Assembly (NCBI GenBank): GCA_963804165.1
Contig: CAWDPO010000009.1
Span: 1 to 64,000, forward strand
DNA length: 64,000 bases
From: an uncultured delta proteobacterium
GTDB lineage: Bacteria; Desulfobacterota; Binatia; UBA9968
Direction of reading: 5' to 3'
Positions 19,202 through 29,738 of the stretch are shown here, one piece after another; within the stretch, counting starts at the first letter, position 1; the number at the start of each line of letters is the position of its first letter. The notes under the pieces were generated by a model, which saw nothing but the letters and a program-made list of their open reading frames with translations, was not told the DNA's origin and ran no database searches. The translations under genes were made by a program, and so were the position numbers.

Positions 19202-20172
19202 TTACCGCTTCGTGATTTCGTCCAACAGCGAAAAATCATAAACCTGCTCCGGCTTCGGCGGGTCCTTCAGGCCCATTTCGCGCTGCGCCAGGTCGAATTC
19301 GAATTTCTGACTGCCCGGGGTCGGACGGCCGTCGAGGGCCCAGGCTTTGTGAACAATATCCTGGATCAAGCTCGCATCCTCCTGGGTTAAAGCGAACTGC
19401 TTCATCAGCACCGGCAACACTCTTTCCTTCTGCGTCGCGCTGATGCGGATGCTCTCCAACACCGCCTGCACCACTGCGCGGAAAGCTTCGCGTTTGCTCT
19501 GGATGCTCGCGATCGAGGCGCCAAGACCGCCGGTGGCTAGCTCGATCTCGTCCGCTGCGCGCGCCAGCGCGCGAAACCCTAGTTTCACCGCTTTCGCCGT
19601 CTCAAGCCCGTTGAGCACGGCGGCCGGAACGTTGCCGCTTAGCAACGCGGTCAGTCGTGCCGTGCCGACGTTGAGAATTTTATTCATCCGGTTTGAGTCC
19701 CCGCTTGCGTAACAGTTCGATAAGAATTGTGTTCACCGTCGCCTGCGCGGTGTAACCGCCCAACACTTTGCCGCGCAGTTGATCGACGCTGGTAATTTCC
19801 TTGGACGCGACCAGAACATGATCCGGTCGATTCAAGCCAACCATAATCACACGCACCGGCACACCCCGCAGCGCCGCGCGCGTCGTGGTACCGGTGGCAG
19901 TGTAGAAATCCAAATCGCCGGTCAGCAGAGCCGCCAATGCGGCGCGGTTCCAAAACAAGTATTTGCGGGTCGAAGCCGTGGCTCTCGAAGATTCCCAAGC
20001 TTCTACCGACGTAGAAATGAGTCGCGGCGATGGTGTTGCTTGGCAATGCGATTCTGAGAGGACGTAGTTTGGCTTTTGGCTGGGCAAGAGCCGGTTGCAC
20101 ACAGACCAAAAGAAATGCCGTGCTCAAAACTAAGACGAAAAGCATACGGCGCTGGGGAACAATTCGCTGCAT
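19202..20172 (-). CDS. ABC substrate-binding protein, NMT1/SsuA-like (frameshifted; paralog of 15848..16831)
   Basis: ORFs 19684, 19680 and 19202 join; KLRPLRIAL, WALDGRPTPG, PEQVYDFSLL. Confidence 0.85.
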
Positions 20173-20291
20173 CGTTGCTGTCCTCCTGTAAATCAGCCGA
20201 AATTTGATGGACCTCCCCTACTGAAAAACAGCTAGAACGGAATACGCGAGCAAAATTGAACTCGGTCTGCAGCGCGATCGCTTTTGGAAAG

Positions 20292-21119
20292 TTACTCCGC
20301 TTTTTCTACGAACGTAGCGTCTTCGCGACGGATAAATCCCGGCGGATTGCCGCGTCGCGAATGCACCTCCAGCCACTGACCATTGGCGCTCACCACGCTG
20401 ACCCGTGTCCCGCCTGGAATATTGGCAACAACTTGGGACGAAGCTGACGGGGACTCGAAAACAGTTGTGGAGCGCGTCGTTTGATAGGTGCCCGCAGTGC
20501 CACCGCGCCGCGAAGCCGCTGCCGACGTGGGTGTTTTGGTTGCGCCTCCGGTTGCCTGGCCGTCTTGTCCGGCACGCGGAGATTGCGACTTACGTGTAGA
20601 TTCCGTTCCGTCAGTTTTCGGCGCCGGCTTGGCCAAATCCTCGGCCCGAGGCTGCAGCGAGTCAGCCGGAACAGGCAGCGGAGTCTGCGCCTCCTGCGAA
20701 TGCCGCGCTGAGGATAAATTGTCGTGAACTGGGCGGTTGGAATTTTTTTCCTCTTCCCGGCGTCGTGTGTCGGGCAAATTAGTGCCCGTTGACGCAGGTA
20801 CATCCGCGACAACGGCAGTTTCCTGCTTTGCAGGCTGGCGGAACAGATCGGTTACAAAATAAATCACCGCGCTGCCGACGAGGATTAATGCAAGACACGC
20901 CCCACCGATGACGCTCATGCTGATTCCTTCGCGATCTGGGGATCGGGACAATGGCCGCGCATCATTCGACGTTTTGCTAACCGGCGCGATCTTAGTTGCG
21001 TCACGCTTAAAAGCTTCGGTCGGTGCAATCAGGTCCGGCTGCTGGCTTACTCTCGCGCCGCAGTGCTTACAGAAATTTTGCCCAAGCTCGAACGGGGTGC
21101 CGCATTGAGTGCAGAACAT
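20292..21119 (-). CDS. Zinc-ribbon + TM + SH3b domain protein
   Basis: MFCTQCG..FCKHCG, hydrophobic segment, C-terminal SQVVANIPGGTRVSVV..WLEVHS..GFI. Confidence 0.75.
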   Translation of the reverse strand: MFCTQCGTPFELGQNFCKHCGARVSQQPDLIAPTEAFKRDATKIAPVSKTSNDARPLSRSPDREGISMSVIGGACLALILVGSAVIYFVTDLFRQPAKQETAVVADVPASTGTNLPDTRRREEEKNSNRPVHDNLSSARHSQEAQTPLPVPADSLQPRAEDLAKPAPKTDGTESTRKSQSPRAGQDGQATGGATKTPTSAAASRRGGTAGTYQTTRSTTVFESPSASSQVVANIPGGTRVSVVSANGQWLEVHSRRGNPPGFIRREDATFVEKAE

Positions 21120-21338
21120 GAATCCTAACCTCCGAAGTCAATGGCTTGACGACACGTAACCTATGCCCAACAGTAGCGAATGAAAATCGCTCGTGTCAAA
21201 CCGCCGATCGGTTTCTTTGACTGACCGAGCGTTTGGCCGCGCGCGCGAATGCCCAATGTGAGAGCTTCGTCAGGCATTGATTTCTCAATCACGTTTGGCT
21301 GTTGAAGTGAAGCGCCTGAGCGGATAAAAAATTCTACT

Positions 21339-22250
21339 ATGGACAAGCTTCGCACGCTACGCGACGCCATCGCCCTCGACATCGAGGACGGCATGTCGAT
21401 CGCGATGGGTTGCGCGCTGGAATCTCTCATCCCGTTCGCCGCGAGCCACGAAATCATCCGCCAGAGCCGAGAAAACCTGACGCTGATCGGTCCGATCTCC
21501 GACATGCAGTTCGACCAGCTGATCGGCGCCGGCTGTGTCAAGAAAGTCATCGCATCCTGGGTCGGCAACGTCGCCGCGGGTTTGGGCCACAACTATCGCC
21601 GGGCCTCTGAAATGAGCATTCCCCACCCAATCGAGATCGAGGAACATTCGAACTTCACCATCGGTCTGGGGCTTCAGGCCGCGGCGATGGGCTTGCCTTT
21701 CCTGCCGACCCGAACGATCAAGGGGAGCGATTTCTCCAAAGACGAACAATTTAAACGAATCAGTTGCCCGTTTACCGGGGAAGACTTGATCGCAGTGCGT
21801 GCCATCCACCCCGATGTGGCGATCCTTCACGTTCAGCGAGCGGATGCACTTGGCAATGCCCAGGTCTGGGGCAATTTCGGCGTCATGCGCGAAGCGGCGA
21901 TGGCCGCCCGGAAAGTCATCCTGACGTGCGAAGAAATCGTCGATCACGCGGTGATCTTGAGCGACCCCAACCGAAACCTGATTCCCGGTTTCGTGGTCTC
22001 CAGCGTCGTGCATGAGCCAGTTGGCTCTTATCCGTCGCCAACGCAAGGTTATGCTCGGCGTGACGACGATTTCTATTTCGAGTATCACAACGCGACGCGC
22101 AGCCGCGCCGGATTCGAACAATGGCTGGAAAAATGGGTACTGGACATTTCAGATCATCGCTCGTTCTTGAGTCTTGTCGGGGACGAGCGTGTCGAGAAAC
22201 TGAAACCGCAGGGCGGCCTGTTTGCGCCACCGGTCAGCTTCAACTACTAA
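21339..22250 (+). CDS. CoA-transferase subunit A (glutaconate CoA-transferase GctA-like)
   Basis: IPFAASHEIIRQ, DQLIGAGCV, AAAMGLPFLP, PDVAILHVQRAD, YPSPTQGY. Confidence 0.9.
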   Translation: MDKLRTLRDAIALDIEDGMSIAMGCALESLIPFAASHEIIRQSRENLTLIGPISDMQFDQLIGAGCVKKVIASWVGNVAAGLGHNYRRASEMSIPHPIEIEEHSNFTIGLGLQAAAMGLPFLPTRTIKGSDFSKDEQFKRISCPFTGEDLIAVRAIHPDVAILHVQRADALGNAQVWGNFGVMREAAMAARKVILTCEEIVDHAVILSDPNRNLIPGFVVSSVVHEPVGSYPSPTQGYARRDDDFYFEYHNATRSRAGFEQWLEKWVLDISDHRSFLSLVGDERVEKLKPQGGLFAPPVSFNY

Positions 22251-22277
22251 TCTGTCGAGATCTTACAGGAGGAAATC

Positions 22278-22711
22278 ATGAAAACGGTGCCATCGATGAA
22301 ACTAAGCCAGGAAGGCTGCGACATCATCGTCAACGCCGCCTCGAAAAAGCCAAAGAGTTGAAACAGGTGGTCAGCATCTGTGTCGTCGACGCCGGCGCCC
22401 ATCTGATGGCTTTCAAACGCATGACCAACGGCCGGACGCACAACACGCTGATCGCGCAAACCAAAGCGCGCAGCGCGGCGCTGACGACCGCGGCCACGGG
22501 CAAAACCGCGCGCGACGGCAGCGAGATTCCCGATCATCAAGTGCTCGCGCAAACACTCGCCGTCGGACCGGGTTGGTTTATCAGCATCGAAGGCGGCCTG
22601 CCGATCACCGTGGAAGGTCAGTGCATCGGCGCGATCGGCGTGAGCGGCGCCCCGTCCGCGGTGGATCGGCAGATCGGCCAAGCCGGGATCGATGCGTTCA
22701 AGAAAGCGTAG
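22278..22711 (+). CDS. GlcG/HbpS heme-binding family protein (one frameshift near the start)
   Basis: SICVVDAGAHLMAFKRM, AQTKARSA, GGLPI..GAIGVSG..D. Confidence 0.85.
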
Positions 22712-22720
22712 CTAGTTCGG

Positions 22721-22797
22721 TTCAACGTTCAAAGTTCCAGGTTCAAGGTTGACCGCGAATCCGGAACACTTGAACGTTGAACCTTGAACTTTGAACG
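22721..22797. repeat. Inverted heptamer (GTTCAAN / NTTGAAC) repeat array
   Basis: ttcaacgttcaaagttccaggttcaagg ... cttgaacgttgaaccttgaactttgaac. Confidence 0.7.
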
Positions 22798-23555
22798 ATG
22801 GTCTACACCCAACGAGAGCTTATGGTCGCCGCCGCCGCGCGAGAAATTCGCGACGGCGACAAAGTATTCGTCGGCATGCGCCTGCCGCTGCTTGGCTTCG
22901 CCGTCGCCAAAGAAACCCACGCGCCCAATGCCATCGGCATTTTTGAAAACGGCGTGATTCGCGACTGGCCGGCGCTCGAATCGATCTTCACCATGAGCGA
23001 TCCGCCGAACATTGCCCGGGCGCTATGCGTGCGGCGGTCTGAACGATGTGATGTATCTTCTTCAGTCCGGACGCGTCGATCTCGGCTTCATCGGCGGCGC
23101 CGAGATCGACCGTTTCGGCAATCTGAACACCCACTGGGTTCAGGACAACGGCAAACGAACCCGGCTTCCCGGCAGCGGCGGCGCCGCGGACATCGCCACC
23201 ATGGCGAAGCGCTGCATCATCATCATGAATCACGAGAAGCGGCGCTTCACGCCGAAGGTTCAATACATCACGTCGCCGGGATTCGGCGACGGCGGCGATT
23301 GGCGCGCGCGTCAAGGACTGATCGGCGGCGGACCGAGCCGGGTGATCACGAGCATGGGAATTTTTTCGTTCGACTCAGAGAATCATGAAATGATGCTGAG
23401 CTCTTATCATCCCGGAGTGACGGTCGAAGAAATCAAAAGTGAAACCGGTTGGCCGCTGCGGGTCGCCCGCGATGTGGGTGAAACAGCGGCGCCCAACCGC
23501 AAAGGAATTAGCCGCCGTCAGAAAGTATGATCCCAAAGGAGTCTGGACGTCCTAG
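22798..23555 (+). CDS. CoA-transferase subunit B (GctB-like; frameshifted)
   Basis: ELMVAAAAREI..VFVGMRLP..FENG (catalytic Glu), GGAEIDRFGNLN, RLPGSGGAAD. Confidence 0.9.
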
Positions 23556-23595
23556 CCAGATCTCCATTAGTCCACTACTCCAACGCTCGATCTCG

Positions 23596-24109
23596 CTAAC
23601 CTTCCAGCTTCGCCGAATTGATCACCACCGCCTCCACCGGCACATCGTCGTGGTGGCCTTTGTTTCCGGTTTTTACTTTTTCGATGCTGCGCACGACGTC
23701 CATCCCTTCGATGACCTGGCCAAAGACTGCGTAGCCAAATTCGGCGGGCGCCGTGCTCCGATGATTGAGAAAATCGTTATCTTTGACATTGATAAAAAAC
23801 TGCGACGGTGGCGCTGTCGACGACATTGGTGCGCGCCATGGCGACGGTGCCGATTTTGTTTTTTAGCCCGTTGGCGGCTTCGTTTTTGATCGGCGCTTTG
23901 TTTTTCTTCTCGTTCATCTGCGCGTCCATGCCGCCGCCCTGGATCATGAAGCCGGGGATCACGCGGTGAAAAATCAGGCCGTCATAGTGGCCGTCGTTGA
24001 CATAATCAACGAAATTTTTGGTGCTGATCGGCGCGTTTTCCGCGTCGAGCTCGATGCGAATATTGCCCATGCTCGTCGTCATCAATACCACTGGATTCTT
24101 TTCCGCCAT
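23596..24109 (-). CDS. ppiB: Cyclophilin-type peptidyl-prolyl isomerase (one frameshift)
   Basis: [41 protein letters not shown]. Confidence 0.9.
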
Positions 24110-24253
24110 TGTTGCCTCCTGAATTTTTCGATCTACGTTTACCATCTTTTTTGCCTAAGTCGGTACAAGGGTGGAATTATCAAAATCGGTTGCGCTATGG
24201 GATACGATCAATTAGATCGTAGATCGAAATTCTGTACTCCGAAAGGAGCAATT

Positions 24254-25175
24254 ATGGCCAAGCGATAGAAAAATCGAAGGAATTTTGATGCCGATGCCGG
24301 TGGCGTTTAAACACGACGGCGCCATCGATCACAAGGCGACCGATGCGATCATCGATTTTTACTTGGATGCCGGCGTGCATGGATTTTTCCCCTCGGAACC
24401 CACGGCCAGGGCATGGTGATGGAGATCGACGAACGCAAAAAAGTCGCCGAGCAGATCGTCAATCGCGTCAGAGGCCGGGTGCCGGTGGTCATGCACATCG
24501 GCACAGCCAACACGCTCTCATCGATCGAGCTGGCCAAGCATGCCGTCAGTCTAGGCGTCGATGCCGTCGGCGTCGTGCCGCCCTATTATTATCCCCACGA
24601 CGACTGGGAAGTTTACGCCCATTACAAAGCGATCGCGCAAGTCGGTTCCGGGCACGCCGATGTTTATCTACGACAACACGGAAACCACCTGGGTCGAGAT
24701 CACGCCGGCCAAAGCCAACAAAATCATCGAAGCGATCGCGCCCAATCCTCTGGCCGGCATCAAAGTTTCTTTCATCGCCTACGACAAACTGCTGGGCTAC
24801 GTTTATCAACTGCCGAAAACCACCGGCGTTTTTCCCGGCGGCATTTTTTCTCTCTACAGCGGCTATTCCGTCGGCGTGCGCGGCGCGATTCATCCGCCGT
24901 CAACGCCCTTTCCCGAGGCCTGCGTAAAAATGTACGAAGCGCTCAAAGCCGGCGATTTAAAGGCCGCGCAAAAAGAGCATGATCTGCTCACCCGGCTGAT
25001 GCAGGTGGTCGGCAAATATTTGCGCAGCCATGGCCGCGGCGTGTTCTGCGAGCTGATGAAGCTGCGCGGTTTGCCGGTGGAGCGTTTTCCGCGCTGGGAG
25101 ACGCCGCCGTTCACGGACAAAGACAGGGCGGATCTCGAAAGAAGGTTTGGCCAACGCCGGCTTCAAACGTTTGAA
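24254..25175 (+). CDS. Dihydrodipicolinate synthase (DapA/NAL) family class I aldolase (frameshifted)
   Basis: F..DGAID, GTHGQG, ERKKVAE, VPVVMHIG, VVPPYYY, FIYDN, AGIKVS; 3' end approximate. Confidence 0.85.
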
Positions 25176-25196
25176 GCGCGGGAATCTGTCGGCATC

Positions 25197-26056
25197 ATGG
25201 GCAATCGAAGCAAAAGCCACTTTGGCGACTGGAAATCGGCAAAAAACTTTCGCCCGCCGAGGCGAAAGCTTTTACCGACGAGATCAAGCAGCGCATGTAT
25301 GCGCGCTGGAATGAAAAGATTTTCGGCGGCGCGTTCATGCGCGATCTCGAAGCCGGCAAGCTGCCCTTCGAAACCATCAAGCTATTCTGGCGCAACTGGT
25401 ACAGCTATCCGGTGGAGGTGAACAATTTTCACTTGATCATCTACCAGCGCCACCAGGGAATCTTCGCGCGCCATCGCGACCTGCTCGCGCCCTATGTCGG
25501 CAAGATCAGCGACGAGCTGGTCAACCCGAAAATTCCCGGCCATATCCAAATGTTGATCAAGCAGGGCGAAGCATTCGGCGTTCCGCTCGACGAAATGATC
25601 AACTGCGAAGTCTACGCCGAATGCCGCGCCTTGACGGAGTTTGCCCGCGGCCTGGTTTACGAAGGCAGCATGATCGAATGGTGGGCGCGCTCGCTCAATG
25701 AAGAGATGTTCGGCCATTGGGCCAAGCGTTGGCGCGAGGCGCTACTCAATAAATACAAAATGAAAGACGCCGACCTGCATTATTTTCAAGTGCACGAAGA
25801 AGCCGATCTGCACGAACACTTGGACGGCCTGATGGCGCACGGCGAAGTCGCGCGGCAGATTTTCGAGCGCTTGCTGCAGGACGGCAATACTTGGTACCGG
25901 CCCGGCTGGGGACCCGAGTATTGTTGTCTGACCAATGCCGAATACGTCGCCCTGTTCCACGACGGCATTTACAAACATGCGCAAGGAATTAGGACACTTT
26001 TAGGAACGGAATATTCACCACGAAGAGCACGAAGGCCGCGAAGAACGGATCTATAA
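25197..26056 (+). CDS. Heme-oxygenase-like (TenA/PqqC/CADD) diiron-type oxidase
   Basis: Helical protein with DEL..PGH, NEE and YFQVHEEADLHEH..AH metal-ligand pattern; start and end approximate because of indels. Confidence 0.7.
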
Positions 26057-26099
26057 TCGATTTCTTGATTTCCTCGTGCACTTAGTGTCCTTCGTGGTG
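26016..26099. repeat. Inverted nonamer (CACGAAG) repeat hairpin
   Basis: caccacgaagagcacgaaggccgcgaag ... cctcgtgcacttagtgtccttcgtggtg. Confidence 0.6.
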
Positions 26100-26128
26100 C
26101 AATCTATCTGACGAGAAGTTACACAGCC

Positions 26129-27584
26129 ATGCCTTTCAACGATCTACGCGAATTTATCGACGCCGCGCGCCAAGCTTGGCCAGGTAAAGGAAATTCACGG
26201 CGCCCACTGGAATTTGGAGATCGGCGCGCTGACGGAATTGTTCGCCTTCAAAGAACCGTCGCCGCTGGTGCTGTTCGATCAGATCCCGGACCACGCGCCG
26301 AATTTTCGCGTCGCGGCGAATCTTGATCAACACCCCGGCGCGTTCGGGCCTGACGGTCGGCATGCCCGCCGACGCGGCACCGATCGAACTCGATCGCCCG
26401 GTGGAAAGAACTGCTCAAAGGCGTCAAGCCCATTCCGCCCCGGGTGGTCACTAGCGGACCGATTCTCGAAAACGTCAAGACCGGCGACGAAATCGATATG
26501 ACGATTTTCCCGACGCCGCACTGGCATGAGCTTGACGGCGGCCGCTACATCGGCACCGCCGATTGCGTCATCACCGGCGAGCCCGAAGAAGGCGGCTGGG
26601 TCAACGTCGGCATCTATCGCGTGCAGATTCACAACAAGAACACCCTCGGCCTCTATGTCTCGCCCGGCCATCACGCGCGCATCATGCGCGAGAAATATTG
26701 GGAGAAGGGCAAGAGCTGTCCCGTCGTCGTCACCTTCGGCCAAGACCCGCTGCTGTTTCTCGTCGCCGGCCAATCGATGCCCTACGGCATGTCCGAGCTC
26801 GATTACTACGGCGGCTTGCGCGGCGCGCCGCATCGACGTGATTCGCGGCGAGCTGACCGGCTTGCCGATTCCCGCGACGGCCGAGATCGCCATCGAAGGC
26901 GAAGTGCCGCCGCCCAAAGAACAGATGCAGATGGAAGGCCCGTTCGGCGAATGGCCCGGCTATTACGCCCATGGCGCGGCAAACGAGCCGGTCATCCGGG
27001 TTAAGAGAGCTTTACTATCGCAACGACCCGATTCTCTGCGGCGCGCCGCCGTTGAAACCGCCCTACGTCACTTTCGGAGTTCCGATCGGCGCCGCGGCGA
27101 TTTGGAATTATTTGGAGAAGGCCGACGTGCCGGACATCAAGGGCGTTTGGTGCTACGTCGGCGGCTCGGCGGCGGCCGGCGGCGCGCCGTTTATCATCGT
27201 ATCGCTCAAGCAGCGTTACCACGGCCACGCCCAACAAGCCGGCCATCGCCGCGCTCGGCTCACGCGCCGGCAATTATCACGGCCGCTTTGTCATCGTCGT
27301 CGACGACGACATCGATCCGTCGGACATGAAAGAAGTGATCTGGGCGGTGTCGACGCGCTGCGATCCCAAGACCGCAATCAGCATCATCGACGGCTGCTGG
27401 AGCACGCCGCTCGATCCGGCGATGCATCCCGGACCAGCGCGACGCCGGCAACTTCGTCAACAGCCGGGCGATACTCAACGCCTGCCGGCCTTACGCCTGG
27501 CGCGACCGCTTTCCGCCGGTCAATGCGCTGAGCGCCGAGCTCAAGCAAAAGATCAGCGAGAAATGGAAGAAAGAACTCGCGTAG
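26129..27584 (+). CDS. UbiD family (de)carboxylase #1 (several frameshifts)
   Basis: MPFNDLREFI, DGGRYIGT, NVGIYR, EIAIEG, EGPFGEWPGYY, VVDDDIDPS, WAVSTRCDP. Confidence 0.9.
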
Positions 27585-27685
27585 TCCGCCGTATGTCCGC
27601 ATCAGCGGAGACCACGTCACTACGGCACCGCGCATTTGGGGCCGGATCGCATTGCTTCAAAGTCATAACATGGCACCATACGCGG

Positions 27686-28321
27686 ATGGATTTTCTTTGG
27701 GAGCTATTTCATCGGATCTACGACGTTGAATCTCTCGTCCGCGTCGGTGGCATTATCGGGCTTACCGACGATCGTTTTCGTCGAAACCGGCCTGCTGATT
27801 GGCTTTTTTCTTCCGGGGATTCCCTGCTGGTAACCGCTGGGCTCTTCGCGGCGCGCGGCGACTCGAAGTCGTGCCCATGCTCGTTGTGTCTGAGTATGGC
27901 AGCGATTGTCGGCGATACAGTCGGCTACAATATCGGCGCGCGCACCGGCCCGCGGCTATTTAGCCGACCTGACTCGCTGCTGTTCAACCGCAAGCATCTC
28001 ATCACCACCAAGGAATTTTACGAACGCCACGGACCGTTCACCATCGTCATCGCGCGATTTATCCCGATCCTGAGAACTTTCGCCCCGGTGGTCGCCGGCA
28101 TCGGCGCCATGCAATATCAGACGCTTTATCGCATACAACGTCATCGGCGGCATCGGCTGGGTGTTGTCAGCACGGTCCTCGGCGGTTATTTTCTCGGCCA
28201 AATGATTCCCAACATTCACGACCATATTCATAAGGTCATTGTCGTCGTGATCGTGCTCTCGCTGCTTCCGGCGATCATCAAAGTGGCGAAAGAGAAAATG
28301 AAAGCGACGACGGACAGCTAA
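27686..28321 (+). CDS. DedA/VTT family membrane protein (frameshifted)
   Basis: ETGLL.GFFLPGDSLLVTAG, IVGDTVGY, IARFIPILRTFAPVVAG. Confidence 0.9.
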   Translation: MDFLWELFHRIYDVESLVRVGGIIGLTDDRFRRNRPADWLFSSGDSLLVTAGLFAARGDSKSCPCSLCLSMAAIVGDTVGYNIGARTGPRLFSRPDSLLFNRKHLITTKEFYERHGPFTIVIARFIPILRTFAPVVAGIGAMQYQTLYRIQRHRRHRLGVVSTVLGGYFLGQMIPNIHDHIHKVIVVVIVLSLLPAIIKVAKEKMKATTDS

Positions 28322-28636
28322 GTCGAGAGAGGTGCGCGTCTGCCGGTTTTGCGCGCCGAAATCGACCTTCGACGGCCGCAATGGCCGACTCAATGAAGTG
28401 CGCTCATCCGCCCGGGCAATCACCGACGAGAAGCGCCAACCGAAAGCAAAATTTTTGTCGGAGTTTAGAACCCTATCGGTCAATGCGCGCGAGCCGGCTC
28501 TAGGTCGGTCGAAAAAATGCGACTTACTGCCCGGCGCAACCGTTGATAACCGAAGTCAAATTCCTGTCCGGCATCCTCGCGCTACACTCGCGGGCAAGGC
28601 CTCGACACCCGCATAAAAAATTGCATTGCAGCTTTT

Positions 28637-29068
28637 TTAGAAGCTCTGTGCCCGTCGGCGCTCTATCGGCTTTCGCGACTTTACCGCGACCTCGTTTTGA
28701 CTCTCCACGCGATTCATTCGCACCGTCCTTCGCCCAAAATTGACGGCATCCACCGACTTTGCCCGCATTTTTTCCAGGATTCCGCGCCGGAGATAAGCGG
28801 GGTCGAAATTTAAGGTTTCACAGAGGTTTAAGAACGAAAATGGATCTTTTTCATCATGATCAAAAAGCCATTCATGAGCGTCATGAAACAGTTTCGCGCG
28901 CAAGGGTATCGGTTGATCGCAATATTTTAGGATGCATTCGATGGCGTCGGAGAGTATCGCTAACATCAGCTCCTTCTCGGGCTCCAAGCTGTGGCTCTTG
29001 CTGAAAATCTCAAGGTATTGGGCTGGCGCAACGACATCCCCTTCAAATAGTCGTCCACTATTGTCCAT
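28637..29068 (-). CDS. Hypothetical protein
   Basis: 143-aa ORF with G-rich RBS; protein-like EPEKELMLAILSDA..WLF..FSFLNLCETL.FDP.YLR. Confidence 0.65.
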   Translation of the reverse strand: MDNSGRLFEGDVVAPAQYLEIFSKSHSLEPEKELMLAILSDAIECILKYCDQPIPLRAKLFHDAHEWLFDHDEKDPFSFLNLCETLNFDPAYLRRGILEKMRAKSVDAVNFGRRTVRMNRVESQNEVAVKSRKPIERRRAQSF

Positions 29069-29251
29069 GACTTTCCCCCCTCTTGTGACCGATCAGGTTT
29101 CGGCAACGATCCTGGTTCGGCTGGGTTTTAAGACCTGCGTTTCACGTTTAGTGAATCGCGGCGGCCTCGGTCAATTTGCTGGAACACGGAGGGAACCCGG
29201 CCTTACCACATAGCACGGGCTCCAAGGATTACCGCAAAGAGGAGAAGTTGG

Positions 29252-29629
29252 CTAAATCCTAAACACTTGCTGATAGTGGAAAAGATATTGGCTGGTCAGT
29301 CGAGAATAGGCCCGTCGTTCTAAGAATTCCTGGGTTGGGGGAGTAAATCGAATCTTGCGAATGCTCGGTCCGAGCGTGAGTTTAGCGACAACTCTGCCGC
29401 GGGGCGTCGAGTTGATCCCCTCGGGAAACGGTGTATCGCCGAGATCTTCTGCTAAATCCAGCGAAAGAAAGGAAGTCTCAAAATTTAGCGTAGAGGATAA
29501 ATTCAGTTTCGACGCGCTGGAATACGTATCGGCGGTGACTGCACTGAGCAAGAAAATGCATAACAGCGCTCCAAGCAGGTGCCGAATCATGGTGCAGGCG
29601 ATCCTATTTATTGACAGCGCGATTGTCAA
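29252..29629 (-). CDS. Hypothetical secreted protein
   Basis: Signal-like MIRHLLGALLCIFLLSAVTA; no recognisable domain. Confidence 0.4.
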   Translation of the reverse strand: MTIALSINRIACTMIRHLLGALLCIFLLSAVTADTYSSASKLNLSSTLNFETSFLSLDLAEDLGDTPFPEGINSTPRGRVVAKLTLGPSIRKIRFTPPTQEFLERRAYSRLTSQYLFHYQQVFRI

Positions 29630-29738
29630 TCATTTTCTCAAATTGCACCTCAAGACTTCCCGGAAATAAGAGAGCCGCCGCAGGCTGGATCAGGCTCGTC
29701 GCGTCGTTGGATAAATTGGTACACGTTCTGGCGGCGCG

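Noticed and set aside
24561-25421. Apparent fusion of the DapA-like and HO-like proteins
   Set aside because: Better explained by indels near 25140-25235; a separate start (ATG at 25197) gives a sensible N-terminus
27326-28321. Apparent UbiD-DedA fusion ORF
   Set aside because: Frameshift artefact; UbiD stops at 27584 and DedA starts at 27686
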